Assembly: GCA_043228905.1 (NCBI GenBank)
Contig: JBHGNT010000001.1
Coordinates: 15,686,001 to 15,750,000 of the forward strand
Length of the DNA: 64,000 bases
DNA from: Azolla caroliniana
Taxonomy: Eukaryota > Plantae > Polypodiophyta
Direction: 5' to 3'
Position numbers and translations under genes: made by a program. This document shows positions 39,401-49,061 of this stretch, piece after piece. The stretch's first letter is position 1, and each line of letters starts with the position of its first letter. The notes beneath the pieces are model-generated. The model saw only the letters and a list, made by a program, of their open reading frames with translations. It did not search any database and was not told the DNA's origin.

Positions 39401-39929
39401 ACAAGCCGACAACACGCGCACCAACGAGGAATCCAGCGCGACGCCAATTCCGGGCACAGCCGAAGAAGATGAACCTCAGGCCCGATTACCAGAAATGACA
39501 ATGATGGAGAATAACGGGGACCGACGAGCGGAGTTCCCCATAGGACCAGACAGCAAAACCACTGCACAGCAAGAGGTTTAGCCGCATGAGCCCACACTAT
39601 CATCAGACCACACGGAGAATGGTGCGGACCAGGCGGAATCTCCGCCCCACTCCCCGGAACATACAAAAATGGCCGACACCACGGAGGACATAACAATGGA
39701 GGCAGAGCCGTAGCCGACGGCAAGCATGACAATGGCGGAGCCCAACCCACTACCTCAAGAAGAGCCCACTGTACCCGGACCACCCACACACGACAACTGC
39801 GACTCTGGGAGGAACCAGCCCGACCAAACAGGGAAGCCACACCACGATGCACCTACGGGCCCTACGTCACCTCCGGACGCGAACACCGCAGCAGAGCCAA
39901 ACATCCGGGCCATTCTGGAAGAGGATTAA
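36475..39929 (+). pseudogene. extra 3' ORF (globular N-domain, P/T/Q linker, coiled coil, acidic tail), frameshifted and interrupted by a solo LTR
   Basis: ORF pieces 36286-36948, 37050-37877, 38163-38354, 39102-39929 are collinear with 48646-45869. Confidence 0.8.
38355..39076 (-). mobile_element. solo LTR of the fungal-type gypsy, 4-bp TSD CCGT
   Basis: TGTCGT..ACGACA; removing it plus one CCGT restores the host frame CAC AAC CGT TGC CAG. Confidence 0.92.
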
Positions 39930-39957
39930 TGGGATGGGTCCGACGTGCCAGGGCACT

Positions 39958-39974
39958 GTCCCACAGGCGTGCCA
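39958..39974 (+). promoter_or_regulatory. tRNA-Arg-like 3' end occupying the PPT position
   Basis: GTCCCACAGGCGTGCCA + AG + LTR; homologues on the minus strand at 14003-14019, 21764-21780 and 45816-45832. Confidence 0.8.
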
Positions 39975-40416
39975 AGTGTTGTCCGTCGGAATAGTAATCG
40001 ACGGACAAAAGCGTAGGAATAAGAAATAATATAAGAGCATAACGCGTGTAATGGTTCACGCAGGAAGCGTGAACGGCTAAATAGACCCTGCGTATATAAA
40101 GGGCAGAAAACCTCTGATAGAGGGTGCGTGTAATTTTGGGAATGTAAAGAAACGTCTCATAATAAAATCCTATCTTCTCTGATTTTCTGTGTATAGCTAC
40201 GGCTAATTTACTGTGTGTGTCTTGAATACCTAAGCGTTCAAGTACGTAAGTGTAACCCTTGGCAAGGATTCGGTTGTAGCCATTCCCCTTATACGCTGAT
40301 AGGTTACAGGAAACCTTACCTTACGCATTACGCTTAGACGCCTATTCGTTGTTCCACACCCACTTGGAGGTCTAGGTCGAAGGACTGACCGTGGACCGTG
40401 TTTCTAATCGGCAACA

Positions 40417-40815
40417 CATACATGTTAGAGCCCATACCGTTATCTGCCATTCGAACCATTGCTTCCATGCGACTTAGCTCACATGCATTGTGATGTGAAA
40501 CAGGGCGTTGGGGCACAAGTGATGAGAGTGGTCGGCTATGCACACTTTGCCCTAAACAAGTTCGCGAATATGAGTATCACATTTTGATACAATGCTCTGC
40601 CTTTGATCATATTCGATCATGCTTTCCACATCTCTTCGATCGAGCCCAATCTTTGCTTGAATTCCTCTCACAACCACAATGTGCACTCTCGATTGCAACA
40701 TTCATTGGTAAAGCTCTTGAACATCGAGATTCACTTCTCACTTTCACACGTATCATGTGAAATGTGATATTTTTGGTCTCATAGGTCATATTTGACCTCC
40801 GAATACGATAATATA

Positions 40816-40830
<15 letters not shown>
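40417..40830 (+). mobile_element. 3' end of LINE copy 1
   Basis: Matches ~43938-44345; RLSSHAL.CETGRW..RLCTLC..EYH..IQC; ends in (TATC)n. Confidence 0.92.

Positions 40831-40885
<55 letters not shown>
40815..40885. repeat. (TATC)n(TC)n microsatellite between the two LINE copies
   Basis: Read directly from the sequence. Confidence 0.95.
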
Positions 40886-40887
<2 letters not shown>

Positions 40888-43800
40888 GAGACTATGCTTT
40901 TGGAACACGCCTTTTACGTGATCTATGAGACTAACCCACGCCTTTTACGACTATGCTTTTGGAATTGCAATGGATACCCATGGAATGCGGGATTTGGCAT
41001 AGAGGAGTTCACCAATGACTCGGATATCACACTTCTTGTTGAAACATGGGAGCATGATACTCAAAGGATTCAAGGTTTAGGAAACTATAATGTACACTCT
41101 TTGATATGGAAGAAAAATCCAAGACAAAGAAGAGGACAAGGAGGGGTGGCATGTTTGATTAAGAAGGAAATAGAGAAATATGTGTCAATCATAAAAAATG
41201 ATGAAAATAAATGCTACATATGGCTCAAAATAGAAACACCTAATGATTTGCCCACTTTTGTTGTTGGATGTTACATTCCTCATCAAGATTCTAACTTTTA
41301 TGCTTGTTTGGATAAAGATCAACCGTTTGCCAATCTAGAAGATGATATTGCTTATTTCAAATCCAAAGGGGAAGTTATTGTCTTTGGTGACATGAATGCT
41401 CGTACAAGAAGTTTCCAACTTGATTCACAAGAATCTTTCATGCCACATATCTCAAGGATGCAAGAGGATATGCAAATGTATAACCGCTCTTCTAGCGATG
41501 AAAAAGATCCGGACCAATTTGGGAAACTACTCCTACAAATGTGCAATAGTACCGGATTGCTTATTGCAAATGGTATTTCCTTATGGCCCAACACTAATGG
41601 TTTTACATGTAGAAAATACAACGGAAATAGTGTGATTGATTATGTGCTACTTTCCGAAGGTATTTTGGATCGTATACATAAATTCTCACTTGGTGAATGG
41701 ACACCGGAATCAGATCATAGGCCTTTATGTATTGATCTCAAATGTATGCATAGGTTTGATTGTGAGAAGATAATAAACAACCGCACTTGAGCATGAACCT
41801 TAAGCGAGCACCCATGTATTCCAAGATGGTTGAGGATATGTTACAAATGACAAAGATACAACATGGTGCCACACTAGAATGCAAATGGGAAGCTTTCAAG
41901 AAAGTCATTCTCTCATGTACAAACAAATGTTTTTCGACCAACCGCACATCTTGGAAATGCACCAAGAAACTTAGGAAAAAATGGTTTGATAAAGAATGTC
42001 GTGAAGCTCGAAAGTGCCTTATGGTTTTGGATGTAGTTAAGGATAAAGAGAATTACCAAAAGCATTTGCATGAGTATAAAAGGCTTATTCAAAGAAAGAG
42101 AAGAATATGGGAAGTTACTCAACAATTTATCCAAACGCAAGAGAAAGCACATGCATGTGCTAAATTTTGGGGAAATCTAAAGGGAAAACGTGTTGAGAGT
42201 TATGGTGACTTAACTCTTCACAACTTGTCTATGCATTGTAAGAATTTATATGAGTTATCTCTTGCCGGAAAGATGATGTGTTATGGTTCTCTTTCACATA
42301 TGCCTTCCTTCTTTACAATTGAAGATATATGCATAGGACTTAAGAAATTGGCCTCTCGAAAGGCAAGCGATCTTCAATGTATAAAGGCTGAAATGCTCAA
42401 TTGGACGGGAAAGGAAGCACATATATGGATAAGCGATATGTTTAATGATGCATTGCAACATGGTATGCCGTACGATTGGACTACAAATTGGATCAAACCT
42501 TTACATAAAGGTGGAGATATAAATAATGTAAACAATTATCGAACCATCATGGTTGGCTCATTAATGGCAAAACTATTTGGATGTATAATGGAATCAAAGA
42601 TAAGTGTATGGGCTGAAAAAAGTGGTAAGAGAGCTTATGGACAAGCTGGCTTTCGGAAACACCATAGCACCATTGATCACCTTATCACCCTTCGAGTATT
42701 AATGGAGGAAAGTCGCCTTAGAGGTAAAGGTTTATATTGTTGCTTTGTAGACTTCAAGAAAGCTTTTGATATGGTACCTCGTGAGCATCTTTGGAGGCGA
42801 ATGGAAGAACTTGAGGTGCCAAGTGAATATATGCTTGCAATTTCCCGAATTTATGAGAAGGTTATATGTTGTGTGCGCATGAAAGATAAACTTTCAGATT
42901 TTTTCAAAAGCACTATTGGTGTTAAGCAAGGATGCCCACTCTCACCAACACTATTTGGTCTATGCATTGATGAATTGGAAGAAATGGTTACCAAGTTTGC
43001 AAAGGAAGAATGTGTTGAAGAAGTTGTCATTGGGAATGTTGTGATTATGCTTTTGCTATATGCAGATGACGTAGTGCTTTTTGCAAATACTTTAGGAGAT
43101 GCACAAAAGCTTATGAAGGCATTGGAAAAATTTGCATGCATACTAAATTAAGTGTCAATAGCTCTAAAACAAAGATTATGCTTGTGAAGAGCCAAAAAAG
43201 AGATAAACCATGCATTATGTACAACAATGAGCCACTTGAATGTGTGGAAAGCTTCAAATATCTTGGCCTTGAAGTTCCTTCAAATCATAGATGGAATGAA
43301 TGTGCTACACGCCGCTTAGAGGCGGGCAAACGAGCATACTATGCATTTGAGAACACATGCAATCTTGGAGATATTAAGTGTTGGGTCCTCAAGAAATATC
43401 TTTTTGACACTTTGGTGACACCAGTTCTTCTCTATGGGGTGGAAGTATGGGGCGGTAGCATCCCTAAGTCTATGTGGAAAGAGTTTGAAAATGTCCAAAA
43501 GCATTTTCTTACCAAGTTTCTACAAGTTAAGAAACAAACGCCCTACACCCTCCTCCTCCTTGAAACGGGATCGCTTCCCATTGAGATCATGGCCATGGAA
43601 AGGGTTGTTGAATACATGCTTAAGGTTCAAAAAAGTCCCTCACATCGACTTCCTAGAATTGCGTGGGAAGCAAGCAAAAAGATCCAAAAGACACATAAAA
43701 GCAAAATTTTGTGTTCCGGTTGGATGCAAGATATAGAAAAATGGTTTGGTAGATGGGATGCGAGACACTTGCTTCATGATGCATCATTAGATTCCTCTGT

Positions 43801-44345
43801 AAATGAGGCATTTTTGCAACGCCAATGTATCATGACATGGGACAAATGTGGAGGCTCACGCTTCACACATTATACTACACATGTTGCACCTAACTACAAA
43901 ACCGTATTCTTTGCGGAACGGGGAAATCGTACACATCCATACATGTTAGAGCCCATACCGTTATCTGCCATTCGAACCATTGCTTCCATGCGACTTAGCT
44001 CACATGCATTGCGATGTGAAACAGGGCGTGGGGTACAAGTGATGAGAGTGGTCGGCTATGCACACTTTGCCCTAAACAAGTTCGCGAGTCTGAGTATCAC
44101 ACTTTGATACAATGCTCTGCCTTTGATCATATTCGACCATGCTTTCCACATCTCTTCGATCGAGCCCAATCTTTGCATGAATTCCTCTCACAACCACAAT
44201 GTGCACTCTCGATTGCAACATTCATTGGTAAAGTTCTTGAACATCGAGAGTCACTACTCACTTTCACACGTATCACGTGAAATGTAATATTTTTGGTCTC
44301 ATAGGTCATATTTGATCTCCGAAGACGATAATATAATCTATCTAT
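40886..44345 (+). mobile_element. RTE-X-like LINE copy 2: APE endonuclease + RT + C-terminal Zn knuckle, with frameshifts
   Basis: WNCNG, LVETW, GGVA, GDMNAR, SVIDYV, SDHRP; QAGFR, GVKQGCPLSP, YADD; frameshifts at ~41790, ~43135 and ~44028; clade call from motif resemblance. Confidence 0.92.
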
Positions 44346-44352
44346 CTATCTA

Positions 44353-44412
<60 letters not shown>

Positions 44413-44423
44413 TCTCTCTCTCT
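44337..44423. repeat. (TATC)n(TC)n microsatellite
   Basis: Read directly from the sequence. Confidence 0.95.
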
Positions 44424-44539
44424 GTGTTTTGCCTTACGTGCACTCACACACACACATAGCTCGCTTCTGCTGCACATCACCACTTACGTCTCACACTCTT
44501 TACACGGGGTCGCTCGGCTTTCCGAAATTGAGATGCTGG

Positions 44540-44745
44540 ACGATTACAATTATCCTATCGAGGATGATCGTGGAGAGGTTCGATTTGGCGTAACGGGGTA
44601 GCGGATGTGCGGTTGAGCATATTATATTCACAGTGCTCCATCATGTGCGCTCGGGAGTGGCAGGTTAGGAAGTGTGGTCGAAGAGCGCAATCCACGGCCA
44701 AATGACTAGAATTCAAGCATGTCGTGCATTGGATCTGTGAAGAAA
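44540..44745 (-). pseudogene. gag twin zinc-knuckle fragment of the PPT-less gypsy group
   Basis: QIQCTTCLNSSH..C..CHSRAH..HCEYNMLNR..RQIEP matches 53525-53803. Confidence 0.8.
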
Positions 44746-45868
44746 AGAGGAGGCAAGAGTGTTGTAATGCAACGAAAGATGAGTGTGAGTGTGTGTGTCT
44801 CAAGACAAAGAAAGAGAGAGAGATAGACAAACTGTATATTAACCAAAATTACATCAAGCATAAAACATCCAACAATAACTAAGTTACAATGCGTTGGTTT
44901 ATATACCAACTAAGCTAGGGCAAGTGCCCTTTCTACTATTTACAAAACTAGCCGAACATGTCCATGAGCTAGTGCGAAACCTATCAATGGGTAGCTGAGT
45001 TCGAGTCTCAACATGCCCCTTCGAACGCAACTTCCATCTATAGAAAAGTTGTTTCGGTCTTCAGAGTACTTCGATTTAAGGAATCGGATTCCGGCTTTAT
45101 TGCTTTACGCTTTTTATTGTGTGTTGTGTATGCGTACTCCTCCTCAAGCTCGGCAATGTAGATGTTGTGAGACCAAGGTCTGATGCAAATTGCCCGAGCT
45201 TGTCGACGCCTAGAGCTTTCGTAAAAATATTAGCAACCTGGAGGTGCGTACTGATGTGTTGTAGGTCGAGCTCTCCGGCCTGTATGCGCTCGCGGATGAA
45301 GTGGTAGTGGACTTCGATATGCTTAGTCCACGCGTGGAATACGGGATTCTGCACCAAGTATGTTATTGCTAGGGCCGGACAACAGCCTAATACAAGGTGT
45401 CCACTCAAGACACGTCACCAAAGGGTGGTACGGCACAATGACTTATGGCACAATGCTTAATTAGAACTTAATCGATTACTTAGCCATCCATAATTAACAC
45501 GCGTAAGATATGACAATAATTACAGAACGGTAATCAACACTTGGAGATTAAGATCATAAGCTTTATTAATTATCCACTCTTGATTACATTGTAATCGGGC
45601 CTTTATATAGGTCTCCGTTGTGAAGTACAAAACGGTGCCAACCAGCACCTTTACGGTATCGTTCCAGATCCGGATCGGCATACCGATTCCGGTCCGTCCG
45701 TCCACATAATAATATGTATATATGAAGACTACCAATTCCAACAGTTCCCGAATAACTATTCCTTTCACACTCTGGTTTGGACCTCCTTTAGCCTTCTTTG
45801 CCGGCCGGTAACACATGGCACACCCGTGGGACAGTACCTTGTACGTCAAACCCATTATCCAACCCCTT

Positions 45869-48646
45869 TTATGCTTCGTCCAAAATGTCCAGAATGCTTT
45901 GCTCCAAAATTTCCAATGGCTCGTCGGGAATCTGTTGTTGTTGTTGTGGTTGCTGCTGTTGTTCCGTTTGTGGTTGTGGTTGTTGCTCCGTTTGCGGTTG
46001 TGGTTGCTGCTCCGTTTGTGGCTCTGGCACCGGTGTTTCCGTCGTTGGTTCCTCCGTCGGAGTTGTCTGTGGCCGACTGACCCCAGCCTGTTCCCCCTCC
46101 GGTCTTTGCACCGGCGATGGTTCCTCATCACTAAGGTTGACCGTTGCCGCCTTTCGCGCTTTTTCTTCCCGGAGCCGGGACCACCTCATAGCTTTCGAAC
46201 TGGATTTGAGCTTCCAGCCGATCATCGTCTAGTTGACCTACGAGCTGCCGGACCTGCACCAATTGTTCATCCGCCAGGGCTGTGAAATCTTCCGCCAGCT
46301 CGTCCCTGATGGTGGTGAAGTCCTCCGAGGTCAGCATATAATAGTCGTCGCCCTCCTTTCGTCGATTTTCAATGTCCGCCCTAAGCAATTGTAGTTCCGC
46401 GGTATTCTGCGCCCATTTTGCCCACCAACGCACCGAGCTGTCATCAATCAAGCTTTTGGTTTTAGTGAGCCATGACCGGAGGATGCACTGGATCCATTCG
46501 GCTCCCATTTGTGATTTATTTTCTGCAGCTTGTCGCTCTTCCTTCAACTGCTTGATGATCCAAACCGTGTCCACCTCCTGCTCCCTATAATGCGACAATT
46601 GAGTTTGATAGGTTGTTTGCAACCTCTGTAGTACCATTGTCGCTCTTTCCTTGTCTTCATGGTTCTGTTTGTGGAGCTCCATCCGGGCATTCGCCGCTTC
46701 CTCCAATAGACTGGAACTTTCCACTCGTTCTTCGGCGAGTGCCGTTGTGGCCTTATCAACCTCTTGCCAGAGCTCGGCCATCCGTTGCTGATGCACCGTC
46801 TCCAACTGCTTGTAGTCCCGATACAGATGATCGAAATCATCAGTCTTCTGCTTCAGCCTTTGGTTTATCTGATGGCGCGCACGGTCCTCCCGGTCCTTCT
46901 ATTGCCGGAGCTCTTCCTTCAGCCGCTCGATTTCCATTTCCGCCATCCGTCGTAGCTTGTCTTTTTCCTGCAGCACTTTCTCTTTTCCTCCTTCAGCCGG
47001 TCGTAAGCATGATGTCCTTTACGCAGGTTTTCCTCTGCACGGCGAAGGTTCTCAGCAGTCTTTCTTAATTCTTCTTCGGCCGCCTTCTTCAAGTCGCGTT
47101 CGCGGCTCCGTAATGCTTCTTGTGCGGCTAGCTCATCTCATAATACCGCAAGTTCTTGGGCTTGCGCCGCCTCTTTCTCCGGGACCGTTTGTGTCTCTGG
47201 GGTCTTATTCTTCTGTACATCAACCGGAGTCACCGGTGCTTGGACCTGCGTTGCAGTTAAGGCCATTTTGGCCATATCTCCTGTGATCCGATCCAAGTCT
47301 TGTTCCAGGCACCGGATCCTTGATCGGGCCGTCTCCAGTTCATCGGTTGTGACGAGCAACCGTTCCGTTTGCGCTCTTTCCTTCGCCTCTATGCATCCGA
47401 CTACTCCGGCAATTTGGTCTCCTATCCACCGGAGCCATTGGTTGCCGGTGCACTGTTGTTGCACTTGCACGGAGAGTTGGCTGATGGGTTCACTTGCCGG
47501 TGGCTGGTCCCACCTTTCTGCATCAAGTTGCGCTTCTGGTTCTGCCCGCTGACCGCTTTGTCGTTCCGGCTCTGAGTGTGTTTCATCTGGTCGCCCCTTG
47601 TCTGCTTGTTCTTTGTCGGCTGGAGCAGTTGGCCTTTGTATCTCCGGTTGTTGGGTGACGGGGCTTGCCGATGCTGCCTGTTGTGCCGGGACTTCTGTGA
47701 CCGGTTCCGGTGCCTCCCTTGGTGTGGGTTGCTCAGCGTGAGTTGCAGGTGTTCCATCCTTCTGTGGGTCCGAATGTTTCCCGGCTGATTCTGCGGTGCA
47801 CTTCACTGGCCGCAGCTGGAGGTGCTCCGTGGGTTCTTCCTCCATCTCTTCCGCCTGAGTCCCGGCATTCATTCTTGCCGCCAAGGTGTCCGTTTCCTAT
47901 TGCGTCGGTCGGTGGAGTGGGCTCTTCAAGGCCCGTGCCGGTGTCTCCTCGTGCGTGTCCGTCGGTCGCTTCCGGCTGGCGCGCTCCTTCGCCGCCTTCT
48001 CTACTTCGGCAGTCTTCCCCTTAGTGGCCTTGGAAGCCAACAGTTGTTGCCGTTTTGAAGCAGGTTTCGGGGTGTCGTCCGTTGTTCTTCCCCACTTCTT
48101 GGTTTGGATGGGCTTGACTGGTGGCGCCAACAGGGTGAGGCATTGTGTCACTGCATGCCATATTTTCCGGCCTTCGTTGCCGTCCTTTCCCCTTACTATA
48201 TCAATGGCCATACATAGCCCGTCGGCGATCAACACCGGCCAATCTACCTTGACCCCTTCGTACATTGCGATGATCAAGCCTGCTCGGTTCTGAGGCATGA
48301 CGGGGGGTCGAGGGTACACGTGACCGAACTCATGGAGCACACGGGCAATTTCTCGGAATAGCATATCTTCACCGCCCTGTGTCCTATAGCCCTTGCTGGC
48401 TAGAGAGTACTCACCGAAATATTTGATGAGTTGCTCGGGGGTAGGATTGTCGATCGTGTAGATACCGCCCTCCGGAAGGCCTATTAACGCACAGATCGCA
48501 TCCTCCGTGATCACCTCCGTGTCGATTTCTTTTATAATCTTCTCAACCTCCTTGTGTGGCGCTGCCTCCATGATCGTTAAAAAACCCTCCAGACCGTGCT
48601 GTCGTAACCATTTCTTGGCGGCTTCAGACAATGTTTGGCAGTCCAT
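45869..48646 (-). pseudogene. extra 3' ORF of unknown function (fragmented)
   Basis: MDCQTLSEAAKKWLRQHGLEGFL..APHK..FREIARVL..AGLII..EGVKVDW; coiled coil; WAKWAQNTAELQLLRAD.ENRRKEG..Y.L; (QTEQQPQP)n; ends SILDILDEA. Confidence 0.82.
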
Positions 48647-49061
48647 CTCTGCGTCGAGGTCGGAGAGCGTCGGAGAGGTTTGATGGTGGGGAGAATGTGA
48701 GAGAAAAAGTTCTGAGGGAGGGGGGTTCTCTGTGTGTGAGCTCTCTGCGATGTATCTTCACGCGTCACTCTGCGTCTGTTCTCCTTGGTTCGCAATAGGA
48801 GAAGGTCTCAATGTGTGGGGGTTTTTCTCTCTGCATCTTGGCGCCTTTTTCGAGCCTCCGCATGTGCAGGTCGTGTACTATAATAGCATTGCGTGCCATG
48901 TGGCGGTGGTTTAATGTCCTATTCATAGCTCCTCGTACCTTTTTGATGTGCCTCTTTACTCCTCGTGTGCATGGCCGTTTCCACCACTCCTTTCCATGAT
49001 TTATTTGATTCGCTCCGTTTTTTTTCTTTTTTCTTTTTTCTTTTTGAACTTACTTGTGTGG

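Larger units (their letters stand above)
34261..40416 (+). mobile_element. internally deleted PPT-less gypsy (INT + extra ORF only); 440-bp LTRs 34261-34700 and 39977-40416
   Basis: Direct repeats TGTTG..CAACA; TSD CATAT/CATAC within the LINE (uninterrupted copy reads CATAC); TATATAAA and AATAAA on +. Confidence 0.95.

Noticed and set aside
45814-45832. Reading TGGCACACCCGTGGGAC as an ordinary PBS of a plus-strand element with antisense genes
   Set aside because: LTR TATA and AATAAA, all ORFs and a separate TTTTTGGC PBS are on the minus strand, and no PPT precedes the right LTR on plus. Disfavoured but not excluded without RNA data.
45520-46285. Overlapping Cys-, Leu/Trp- and His/Asn-rich ORFs
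   Set aside because: Alternative frames of the 24-bp repeat encoding (QTEQQPQP)n, plus LTR read-through.
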